Assembly: GCA_951406725.2 (NCBI GenBank)
Contig: OX597825.1
Location: forward strand, 62,744,001-62,808,000
DNA from: Octopus vulgaris
Lineage: Eukaryota
DNA: 64,000 nt
Direction of reading: 5' to 3'
The notes beneath the pieces are model-generated. The model was not told where the DNA came from. It did no database searches and saw nothing but the letters and a program-made list of their open reading frames with translations. Every line of letters begins with the position of its first letter. Position 1 is the first letter of the stretch. Position numbers and translations under genes: made by a program. Positions 53,000 to 64,000 of this stretch are shown here, in pieces.

Positions 53000-53232
53000 T
53001 ACTACTTACTTGAACTGTTAAAAATATTAATCAGATTTCTATCAAATTACACCCTACCAGTTTTGAAAGAGAAAGAGTATACATCGGATAGCATCCTCTT
53101 AGATGATTACTACCTGCAAAAATAACAGCATGGTCATCCCTGAATACCTTTGACCATGGATTAGTTCTGTCAGATAAGAGATGAGCTCAGGCTAAACAAC
53201 TTTTGAATACTTCCTTTATGATTTATTTAATA

Positions 53233-53925
53233 CTAGCACTATGACCCAGCATTGCTGGGTCTAGTGCTAGTCAAGCATATTTGGTGTTTCTTGAAAATCC
53301 CGCTCTCTTGTCATTCACTTGGTCTAACTCATTAATTATTCTCTGCATTTCTCAAATCAAAAAAGTATGCACATTCAAAAGCCAAAACACATGATAATGC
53401 ATCTTCGCAAAACACAAAAATGCGCTGAGTCATACAGACTGTCTGCAAATGTGCACGCGCATTCAACTGTCAAGAGTAAAATTATCTCCATCCAATCAAA
53501 AACCAGCTGGCAGTCTATTGGCGTATCTAGCTGTACGCACTCAGCGCATACAAATTTCTATGTTTTAGCGATTTTGAATGGACATGCCCATAACTTATAG
53601 GCATAAGGAGTCGGTTTATTGATTTTTTAATGGCTTTCTGGGGTGACGGGGTGAAAAAAATCATCATGACCACCCTCAGACAGTTTTGAAAGCCCATAGA
53701 AAATGCGATTTTGAATGGATAGGCCCATAACTTATGGGCATAAGGAGTCGGTTTATCGATTTTTTAATGGCTTTCTGGGGTGACTGAGGAAATGAAAAGA
53801 TCCTCACGACCACCCTCAGACAGTTTTGAAAGCCCATAAAAAATGCAAGCCTTTTATGTGAAAAACTGGATTTGTATAAAGGACACACAGATACACAGAC
53901 ATTTTACCATTTATAGATATAAAGA
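53233..53925 (-). mobile_element. Non-autonomous Helitron
   Basis: Minus strand: A|TC start at 53925; 3' hairpin gacccagc-aat-gctgggtc, 6 nt, then CTAG|T at 53233; internal tandem repeat of about 137-140 bp (53568-53845); no TSD. Confidence 0.88.
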
Positions 53926-54254
53926 TTTCATAGTTACTCAGCTGTTAAGGAACAAAATTTGATAAATACATTTTTAATTATATCAAGGGGGATATGGCGA
54001 AAACAACCTATCTGTAGCATGCTTCAAGTGCTGATACCTTCAAAAAAATTACCAAAAACTCTTCTTTCTCCTTGTCTCCTTTGATATAATTATATACATA
54101 TGTAAATTATTATTAATTTAGTGTATTAATTGCCAATAAATTTTTGTAGCATAATGATTTTTATCCGTATAGTTTTATGAATTAATAAATAAATACATTT
54201 TAATAAACAGAACTTAATGTCATTAACACCATTATGGTCATTGTTCTAATTTTT

Positions 54255-54642
54255 TACTCTTCTACTTGTTTCAGTCATTTGACTGTGGCTATGCTGGAGC
54301 ACCCCCTTTAGTTGAGCAAATCGACCCCAAGACTTATTCTTTGGAAGCCTAGTACTTATTCTATCGTTCTCTTTTGCCAAACCACTAAGTTACGGGGATG
54401 TAAACACACCAGCATTGGTTGTCAAGCAACGTTGGGGAGACAAACACAGACACACTAGTATATACATATACACATAAATGACGGGCTTCTTTCAGTTTCT
54501 GGCTACCAAATCCACTCACAAGGCTTTGGTCAGCCTGTGGTTATTGTAGAAGACACTTGCCCAAGGTGCCACGCAGTGGGACTGAACCTGGAACCATGTG
54601 GTTGGTAAGCAAGCTACTTACCACACAGCCACTCCTGCACCT
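54255..54642 (-). mobile_element. Family A SINE; an older copy follows at 54790-55180
   Basis: Reverse complement of the family A consensus. Confidence 0.9.
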
Positions 54643-55227
54643 ACTGTCTACTTTTTCATGATTGCATGGATCAGATGAGATTTGTTGGAGCAGATTTTCG
54701 ATGGCCAGATTCTCTTCCTGCTGTCAACCCTCACCAGCTTCCAGGATAAAGCAATATTTTTACCTAGACTTCTCTTTTATATTTTATTTTTTTACTTGTT
54801 TCATTCATTAGAGCAGGGCCATTCTGGGGCGGCACCTTAAGGAATTTTAGTCAAATTAATAGACCCCAGTACTTATTAACTTTTTTAAAACCTGGTGCTT
54901 ATTTTATCAGCCTGTTTTGCTGAACCACTAAGTTACAGGAACATAAATACACCAACACCAGTCGTTAAGTAGTGGTGGGGGATAAACACAAGCAAAAAGA
55001 TACACACACACACACACGTGTACACGATGAGCTTCTTTCAGTTTCTGTCAATGAAATTCACTCACAAGACTTTGGTTGGCCCAAGGCTGTAGAAGAAAGC
55101 ATTTACCCAAGGTATCATACATTGGGATTGAACCCAGAACCATGTGGTCACAAAACAACCTTCTTACCACACAACCATGTTTTCTCAAGAGATTACAAAT
55201 AAATGTCACCACTTACAGACCAGATAT

Positions 55228-55580
55228 TTATCACAAATTATCATGGAAGATAAAAAGCAGTCACAACTGAAGGCACGTTGTGAACTGAAAGAAGAGTTGG
55301 AAGTTGATCCAGACCTTTTTTCAAAGGTCATCTCTTGTGACAAAAGCTGATGCTATGGAATTTGCAGATGTGGAAGTTTTGAAGCAAAAAACGATGGAGG
55401 CATTAAAAGGCATCACTTTACAAGAGATCCAGCACTGCTTCAAAGAGTGGAAAACGTATCTGGACCAATGCATTGCTTCAAATGGAGAATACTTTGAAAG
55501 TGATAAAAGTGTAAACATGTAAAATTAAGTGAATAAAATAATATTGCAAAATTCCAGTTTCTTTTTGGTAACCCTTCATA
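55228..55580 (+). pseudogene. Deleted mariner transposase remnant with right terminus
   Basis: CELKEELEVDPDLFSKVISCDKS*CY joined to FADVEVLKQKTMEALKGITLQEIQHCFKEWKTYLDQCIASNGEYFE; ends ...ggtaacccttcaTA. Confidence 0.82.
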
Positions 55581-57513
55581 TATATATATATATATGTGTG
55601 TGTGTATGTGTGTGTGTGTGTGTGTGTGTTTGTGTCATTGTGCCAGTGTTTTTCCCCCACCATTGCTTGACAACAGGTGTTAGTGTGTTTATGTCACCAT
55701 AACTTAGCAGTTCAGGAAAAGAAACCAATATAATAAGTACTAGGCTTATAAAAAAAAATAAGTCCTGGAGTTGATTTGTTCAACTGAAACCCTTTAATGT
55801 GGTGCCCCTGCATGGGCGCAGTCAAATGACTGAATTCAAAGATAAAAGATAAAACTGAATATAGTTAAAATAGGTGTCAACTGAATAATTGGTGAAAATT
55901 GATTGCTTTTCCAAAAGTTCAATATTTTTTATTGATACACCCTTTTAGAGTAAACCTTAGTTTCAGCAAAATCATTGATTTTTTTTTGTCATTAGCATTA
56001 TTATTTTAATGTCCATCTTTTCAAGTTTGCAGGGGTTAGGCAGAATTCATAGAGGTAAGTTTTACCCTGGCTTGAAGGCCTTCTTGTCAGTCACCCTCAC
56101 AATTTGCCAAGACATGAACATGTGCTTGCACACACATACACACTCACAGAGAGAGATACAAATGTACACACAAATGCACACACAGAAATACACACATGCA
56201 CAAACATAGTATACACACAAATACAACACACCATATGCACACACTAGATTTCAGTTTCTAATTGATAAATCCACTCACAGGTCTTTGGTCAGTACTTTTT
56301 TAAAAATGCAAATGTCTAAAAATATTTTATTGTAATGAGTGTTAATAACAAATAATATGTAGAACCAAAGTTATTTATAAAATGTATGCACAAGGAATTT
56401 GTAGGATTGATGCTATGATCAGTTAAGTATTGAGGGTCTGTGTTACCAACAAATAAACTGGAAAATACAAAACTGAAATACTTTATGGAATTGAAAAGCA
56501 TTCTGAAATGAAGCATAGACAAATGTTGACCTTAGATAACCTTCAAGAAATACAATATATCAGTACTTCAAAAAAAGGTTAAAAGGAAGCCTCTCAATGC
56601 AAATCAGCAAATGTGTATAAAAATCATATTAAATAATACATTTTAATAAATTTTCACATGAATAATTTGTTGTGAATAATATATAAATATGAAGCATTAA
56701 TACCAAAATAACAATTTAAGTCTTTCACATGTTCAGCAAAATTTTCAAAGTGATAGTAATGTTCTTCCTTGAATGAGAGAATAAATAAATGTTTGTGCTA
56801 AAGATTAAATTGCTAAGAGAAAAAAGTAAAAATGTAAAAAAAGTTCTAAATTTAGAAAATCCTGGAAATTAAATAAATATATAATTATTTACTCTGCTCC
56901 CTGTTTTCTGTAGTAAATATTTGTCAAATCCATAATGATCTATACACTTTTACAAAAATAAACCTCATAAGTTGATGGATGATATTTTCCCCCACCCCTC
57001 TTTCCAACGATTCACGTTATTTCAATAATGAAAATGTAAATTTACAAAAATCCTTTCAAATCTTTACAAAATTAAATTTCAACTTTAAACCCTACAAAGA
57101 TATATTGATGACAAATAGATTTGGAAAACAATCACGTGAATAGAGTATGAAAAGAAAATTCTTATCTGAACACAGCGAAAAAAATGTAAACAAAATTTCA
57201 TTTGAAAATGAAACCAAGCATTTGTAAAAGAAAATATAAAAGTTCTTCAACCATTATAGGGAGGGAATGGGTGAATGGATTCTAAATTACATTAAGGTAT
57301 TGAATAAATATTTAAATAGTTTTGTACAGCAATTTGTTGCATCAATCAGCAATATTTTCCTAGGAACACATTTGAAATAACTGAATACTATATTATCTCA
57401 TTAGATCCAAACCAAACACAAAATGTGTTGAGTGTATATATTTTGTTTATAAATGTGTAGATGCATACACATACATACTTATGTATATATATATATATAT
57501 ATTTATATACATA

Positions 57514-57549
<36 letters not shown>

Positions 57550-58232
57550 TGTATGTACGTATGTATGTACGGATGTATGTATGCATGTATGTATGTATGT
57601 ATGTATGTATGTATTGTGTATGTATGTATGTATTTCTGTATGTATGTATATTAGCACATACAAGTTTAAACCATTGCTGAACAAAAAGATGATATCAGAA
57701 TCCATTTTCCAAATGCATATTCTGATGTGATGTGTTAGAAAAGAACTTATAATCATAAAAATAATCTGAGGGCTTTTGTGACAAAAACTTCATCTAGTTA
57801 ATGATTTAGCTGAAAAACCAAAAGCAGGATTGCTACCAAGACTGTTGAGTTAGACAAAGACAAATATACAAAGAATATAAAACATGATAAAATCCTCCAA
57901 ATCTCCTAATTTGGAAATAACTAGGCCTATGTTTTATAACAAGATTCTGATAGAATTACCTCATCTTTCTTGGAAATGACTGAATAGTAAGTGAAAGGTT
58001 TCTAAGAGTAAATAGATATCTACCCAAACTGTATGCAACTGACTTTATTTTATCCTATAAAGCTGAGTTAGGTACTGGATTCTTCCTTCTGTAGATTAAT
58101 AATCTTGTTACTTCTAATAACTTTCTTTTCTATATAGCTGATACTCTGTCTCAGTCCACTTATCTTTTAAATCATTGACACCTCAGAAAATATAGACACC
58201 TCACCAATCTCATATTTAACTGCTCGTAAAAT

Positions 58233-58648
58233 AGGCGCAGGAGTGGCTATGTGGTAAGTAGCTTGCTTACCAACCACATGGTTCCGGGTTCAGTCCCACT
58301 GCGTGGCATCTTGGGCAATTGTCTTCTAATATAGCCTCGGGCCGACCAAAGCCTTGTGAGTAGATTTGGTAGATGGAAACTGAAAGAAGCCCGTCGTATA
58401 TATGTATATATATTTATGTGTGTATCTTTGTGTGTCTGTGTTTGTCCCCCTAGCATTGCTTGACAACCGATGCTGGTGTGTTTACGTTCCCGTCACTTAG
58501 TGGTTCGGCAAAAGAGACCAATAGAATAAGTACTGGGCTTACAAAGAATAAGTCCTGGGGTCGATTTGCTTGACTAAAGGTGGTGCTCCAGCATGGCCAC
58601 AGTCAAATGACTGAAACAAGTAAAAGAGTAAAAGAGTAAAGAGTAAAA
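58233..58648 (+). mobile_element. Family A SINE, full length
   Basis: Near-consensus copy. Confidence 0.92.
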
Positions 58649-58980
58649 GCAGGGATCTCAGAAACATCCTTCGTTAATTACATAATAAGTAATTATTCTG
58701 TAATGACACTGAGACAATAAATAGATACAAGAAGACAGTCTCACAAATGATTACACCTAAGAATAAACGACATTCAGGTATAACGCTCAGAGTTGCTACC
58801 AATGATATTCAATCTTTGTTGTCTCTTTTGTGGGGACACTTTGATTGGAAATCTATATATGGTCAATAACTAATGTTTTGTAGTTACATGGTATTTTGTT
58901 ATGCAATCATAATATACTATAAAATATATTAAATGTTTTATAAGTCAATACCATGTTCTACTGTGTTAGCAGTGCTCTTA

Positions 58981-59285
58981 CATTATTTTCTTAACATTAT
59001 TTCTACAGATATTCTATAGAAATCATAACCAGTTCTGATCTTTGCTACAACGTATGGTGGCTATTTAAGCAATGTGCTCACTGAGGATTAGTGGGTTAAA
59101 TGGTTGTTGAGGAAAGGGCAAAATTCTTGCCTGAAAGATGGCATATATGCCCATTGCCCATTTTTCATCTTTGATATCATTGTTTGTTTACATCTGACGT
59201 CACGTATACGAAACGCTGTAGCAAACGTCAGTGCTGGCTATTATTTCTATGGAATATCTGTAGAAATAACCTTAATAAAATAATG
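58981..59285. repeat. Old inverted repeat of about 73 bp with a spacer of about 160 bp
   Basis: 58981-59053 versus the reverse complement of 59213-59285 (ttatttctacagatatt..atagaaat.ata.ccag...tttgctaca). Confidence 0.75.
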
Positions 59286-59635
59286 ATCAATAACTTATGT
59301 AACAATATATTTTACGACCATAAAAATGATCTAACAGAGTATAATGTCTGGAGTGTAAAACTGAAATCACAAATGCAGAAGAGAATTTCAATCATCTTGC
59401 AGAATTATATATTTATTTTTAAATCAATATCATTAAAATATCCAAGGCTGCAAACTGGCAGAATTATTAGAATGCCAGACAAAATAATAAGCGGCATTTC
59501 TTTTGGCTAAACTCTAACATTTAAACTGGCCATATCCAGCCTAAATATTATGTGTTTTATGTACAGCCTCTCACAGCTGCTCTACAATGTCAAACTAAAA
59601 ATAAACAAGCACATCATCGAAATCTCAACACAAGA

Positions 59636-60144
59636 TGTTGTGTTGTGACCTCCTTCGGTCATGAATGACCATCGGATTGCACCTAGAAATTTACCGTCTG
59701 AGGCACAAGTCTAGGCAAGGTTGTTTATGGAAGACCAACAGTCACCCACGCATACCAGCACCCCACTCTTCACGCCACTGATGTTATTCAAGGGAAAGGC
59801 AAAGGCTGATACAGCTTGGCACCAGTGATGTCGCAGCTCATTTATTAACGTGCAAGTGGCTGAGCACTCCACAGACGCATATACCCTTAACGTAGTTCTC
59901 AGGGAGATTCAGCATGACAAGGCTGACCTTTGAAATACAGGTACAACAGAAACAGGAAGAAAGAGTGAGAGAAAGTTGTGGTGAAAGTGTACAGCAGGGT
60001 TAACCACCAACCCCTTGCCGGAGCCTCGTGGAGCTTTAGGTGTTTTCGCTCAATAAACACTCACAACGCCCGGACTGGGAATCAAAACCGCGATCCTACG
60101 ACCGTGAGTCCGCTGCCCTAACCACTGGGCCATTGCGTCTCCAC
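59636..60144 (-). mobile_element. Tripartite chimeric SINE (E head + domain H + B tail) nested in a TTAA MITE
   Basis: E head at 60144-59950, H domain at 59945-59845, B tail at 59843-59636; short acaaga duplication at the flanks. Confidence 0.82.
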
Positions 60145-60519
60145 AATACAAGAAGATAAGGCATGAGTAATTCAAAACAATGTGGATAAACAACCATTAC
60201 ATTAGGTAGAATAACTTGAATGCTAAAAGGTGAATGTTCTACATTCAAATTCCACGAAGGTTAGTTACTTTTCGTCATTTTGGGATCAGTAAAATAAGTA
60301 CCAGTTGAGATAGATGTAATCAATACTTTTCACCCTTCGAAGTTGCTAGCATGATGACTGTTGTGGTGAGTCATGACACCCCCTGCGAGAATACACTTGA
60401 CTGAATGACTTTAAATTGTAGAGGTGAAGGAGAGTGTAGGTGTTAATTGTGGGATGTCGTAAAGTGTTGTTTTAGTAGTTTGTCAGAATATCGGTTGATG
60501 GTTCTCTCGTTCTCTTTCT

Positions 60520-60902
60520 CTCTCTTTTACTTGCTGGAGCACTGCCTTTAGTCAAGCAAATCGACCCCAGGACTTATTCTTTGGAAGCCTAGTACTTATT
60601 CTATCAGTCTCTTTTGCCGAACTGCTAAGTTACGGGGACATAAACACACCAGCATCGATTGTCAAGCGTTGCTGGGGGGACAAGCACAGACACACAAACA
60701 TATACACACACATACATACATATATATATATATACATATATACGACAGGCTTCTTTCAGTTTCTGTCTAGCAAATCCACTCACAAGGCATTGGTCGGCCT
60801 GAAGCTATAGTAGAAGACACTTGCCCAAGGTGCCACACAGTGGGAGTGAACCCGGAACCATGTGACTCATAAGCAAGCTACTTACCACACAGCCACTCCT
60901 AC
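60520..60902 (-). mobile_element. Family A SINE
   Basis: Reverse complement of family A. Confidence 0.9.
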
Positions 60903-61362
60903 ACCCTGTTTATTCATACATTTGTTTTGAATAAAAGGATAAGGACACATTTGCTTATGTCATGCAATATGTATAGAAGAAACAAAACACAAGATTCTCA
61001 CACAAGTTTCTATACCATTTCTACCTGAATACTTTGATCTATCCTCTCTACTCAGAATTACATACAGATCACTAAAATTTATGCCCTGCTTGAAGTTTTT
61101 TCTAGAGCCATCAATTTACACAACTTAAGTGCGAGAACAAAATTTGCTTAGTGAGTACTAACCCAGATCATTGCCCACCCTACAAAGAAAAAAAAAATAG
61201 GGGCTGTACTTGCAACCCCTGCACCCACTGTCCTAATCTTCTGTTCAAATATGAATGAGGACTAATTATATTGACTTCAATAATCTAAGTAGTCAACCCT
61301 GTCTCACCACATTAAGTGATAGTTTTGAAAAAATGCCTCATAATTGGAGTTTGTAGAATGTG

Positions 61363-61425
<63 letters not shown>

Positions 61426-61662
61426 CAATACTAACTGCTTTCAAATTTTTGTTTCTGGATCATTCTACCATCAGTAATATTTTTTCTATTATAGGCACAA
61501 AACCTGAAAATTAGCTTTACCTCCTTGATCATGGTAGAATTTGAGCTCAGAATGTAAAGAAGGGTAAAATGCTCCTAAGCATTTCGTTTGGCTTGCTAAC
61601 GCTTCTGTCTGCTCATCTAGCATCAGTAATGTCAGCTGAACAAACTAGATCAACAAAAAGTA

Positions 61663-62160
61663 CACTGTGTAACAAAATCGTAATTATATTTCTTCTTTCT
61701 TTGGTCAGTAAGTGTTATTTCCTATTTGTTTCTATCTAGAAATCAAAGGAAATGACTACTATTCCCTTCAGACTTTGCCTTTGTCACCTGTACATCAATA
61801 TTATGAAACTGACATATTTTCCATTACATTTCAGACAGATTCAGCACTAAGTTGTTGAAGCAGAATTATTGCTATAGCAAAGATTCTTCTCAAACCACAG
61901 AGCTGCTTGTCAGTTGCTTGATCTTAACTACTTGAGCATGTCTCTTAGTGACTCACAATATGTGCTTCTCTGATCATGAGCAGGAGTAGTGGGGGGAACA
62001 TCATAGCCATGTATTGAGAGAGATTCTTTGGAGTTTGAAATAAATATCATAACAAAAGCAAATTTTGAAGGAAATATCAGCCCTTTTTTAATACTTTCTA
62101 GGGGTAAGCAAATAGGAAATAACAGCTGCTATCCAAGGACAAAAATCGTGTTACAGTCAC
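61663..62160. mobile_element. Old MITE-like element with long degenerate inverted repeats
   Basis: tgttatttcctatttg..ctagaaa..ttcccttca.a.tttgc.tttgt (about 61712-61786) is inverted at about 62051-62125. Confidence 0.55.
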
Positions 62161-62559
62161 TAAATAAACAATAAGAATCCAAATGAATTTGGTTGTGGAT
62201 GGCTTCACTAACAGAGACACTTCATACGGCTAGTAAGGAGAGACACACAAATAAGAAAGAAGAAAGCAAAGGACCACTGATGCAGTCACAGGAGTGTGAC
62301 AAAAGAACTCTGGCTGAAATAATATTAAGATTGATGTAAAAAATAAATAATACTGAAGCAAAGTAACACCAAATATATAGTGCGTGTGTTTTTATTGGCT
62401 AAACTGGCAAAATGACCATTCCGAAATAAAACACATTAATATGATAATTAAAAATTATGTTCAATATAGAAGAATACCAAGGTAGTATTCTATTAAATGG
62501 CAGCTTTGTGACTGTTATTATAATTTCTTTAAATCATGATACCAGAATAGAACACGAAT

Positions 62560-62829
62560 GTTTACAAATGAACGCCCAGTCGACAAAGAGATAAGAATAA
62601 CTAGCATTTTAACTTTTAAACTCTTCATCCAAATTGACCCACGAAGGCAGAAGGGCTTTCTTCAGATCTTACACATTTGAATAGGAGCAAGCGGAAACAT
62701 TGCTTTCTAAGATGGATCAGGTAGCAAAGTCCATGGGATTGATGTCTGTAAAATATAGATAAAATTACCTGAACTGATATTCTTTAGGAAGAGTTTTAAA
62801 CATGGGTAAATCTTTCTGGGACACCCTGT
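62560..62829 (-). pseudogene. Tc1-like transposase C-terminal fragment plus one terminus
   Basis: DINPMDFAT*SILESNVSACSYSNV*DLKKALLPSWVNLDEE; terminus TA|cagggtgtcccagaaa. Confidence 0.7.
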
Positions 62830-63321
62830 ACATAAACTTAGGCATGAAGGACTGGCACAAGTTTATATGTCTATGAAAGAAACCATTATATCTCATTAGT
62901 CACCATAATTATGTAATATTAATATCTTATAAAATTCTATAGTAGTTTATGGTCACAGATGAAATATGAATTAAGGGTTGTAAAGCTGTAATGAAATAGG
63001 ATATAACATGAAAATGTGTAGCCTAGTGTGAAGGTAGGTGGCTTAGTGGTTAAGATGTTGGACTATGATCATCAAATCATGGGTTCAATCCTTGGATGAA
63101 GCAACATGTTGTGCTCTTGCGTAAGGTGATTCATTTCATATTGCACCAGTCTACTCAGCAGAAGACAAATAATGACCTAGTCCTGGAGAAAACCTATCTC
63201 CCTCTTCTCCCTGTCTTTTCTCCTCCCTCTTCCTCTCCCCTCTTCCATTCTCTACCTCCTTCCTCCCTCTCTCTCCAGCTGTCACATTCTTGACAGAGCA
63301 AGAAACATGATGAGTGAGAAC

Positions 63322-64000
63322 GGCAGCGAGCTGGCAGAAATGTTAGCACGCCGGGCAAAATGCATAGCCATATTTCGTCTGGCCTTTCATCCTTTCGGGG
63401 TTGATTAAATAAGTACCAGTTATGCACTGGGGTCGATGTAATCGACTTAATCCTTTTTTCTGTCCTTATTTGTCCCCTCTGTGTTTAGCCCCTTGTGGGT
63501 AGTAAGGAAATAGGTATTTCATCTGCCGCTACATTCTGAGTTCAAATTCCATCTAGGTCGACTTTACCTTTCATCCTTTTGGGGTCGATTAAATAAGTAC
63601 CAGTCCGCACTGGGGTCGATGTAATCGACTTAATCCCTTTTTCTGTCCTTATTTGTCCCCTCTGTGTTTAGCCCCTTGTGGGTAGTAAAGAAATAGGTAT
63701 TTCGTCTGCCTCTACATTCTGAGTTCAAATTCTGCTGAGGTCAACTTTGCCTTTCATCCTTTCGGCGTCAATAAATTAAGTACCAGTTATGCACTTGGGT
63801 CGATGTAATCGACTTAATCCCTTTGTCTGCCCTTGTTTGTCCCCTCTGTGTGTAGCCCCTTGTGGGCAGTAAAGAAATAAGAAACATTAGCATGTTGGAC
63901 AAAATGCTTCGCGGTATTTCTTCTGCCGCTACGTTCTGAGTTTAAATTCTGTCAAGGTCGTCTTTGCCTTTCATCCTTTCGGAGTCGATAAATTAAGTAC
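63322..64000 (+). mobile_element. Family C SINE array (runs off the window)
   Basis: Units at about 63514, 63697 and 63914; same 183/217-bp spacing as the 9357 array. Confidence 0.88.

Noticed and set aside
59191-59226. Hammerhead-like CUGACGU...GAAACGCUGUA
   Set aside because: No adjacent stem I or proper stem II, and it is not in a TA context.

Overview
AT-rich, repeat-saturated eukaryotic DNA. The SINE families and compound microsatellites look like an Octopus (cephalopod) intergenic or intronic region; this is my recognition, not a database result. I found no intact host protein-coding exon. Nearly all ORFs in the supplied track are microsatellite or SINE read-throughs. The window holds dozens of tRNA-headed SINEs (at least 4 modular families, plus one family of headless RTE-tailed repeats), Tc1/mariner remnants and MITEs, TTAA-flanked piggyBac-type MITEs, a textbook non-autonomous Helitron, two decayed RLE-type (R4/Dong/NeSL-like) LINE fragments and an internal L1/Tx1-type RT fragment trapped in a mariner. 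The most notable signal is a set of short, ORF-less elements embedded in (TA)n microsatellites that carry minimal hammerhead ribozyme (HHR) motifs, often as outward-facing inverted pairs. The best example (39401-40277) is young and has two intact-looking HHRs, a 429-nt unit with a 79-nt terminal redundancy and about 370-bp near-perfect inverted arms. It is Penelope-like or retrozyme-like. Coordinates were read by eye and may be off by a few bases.
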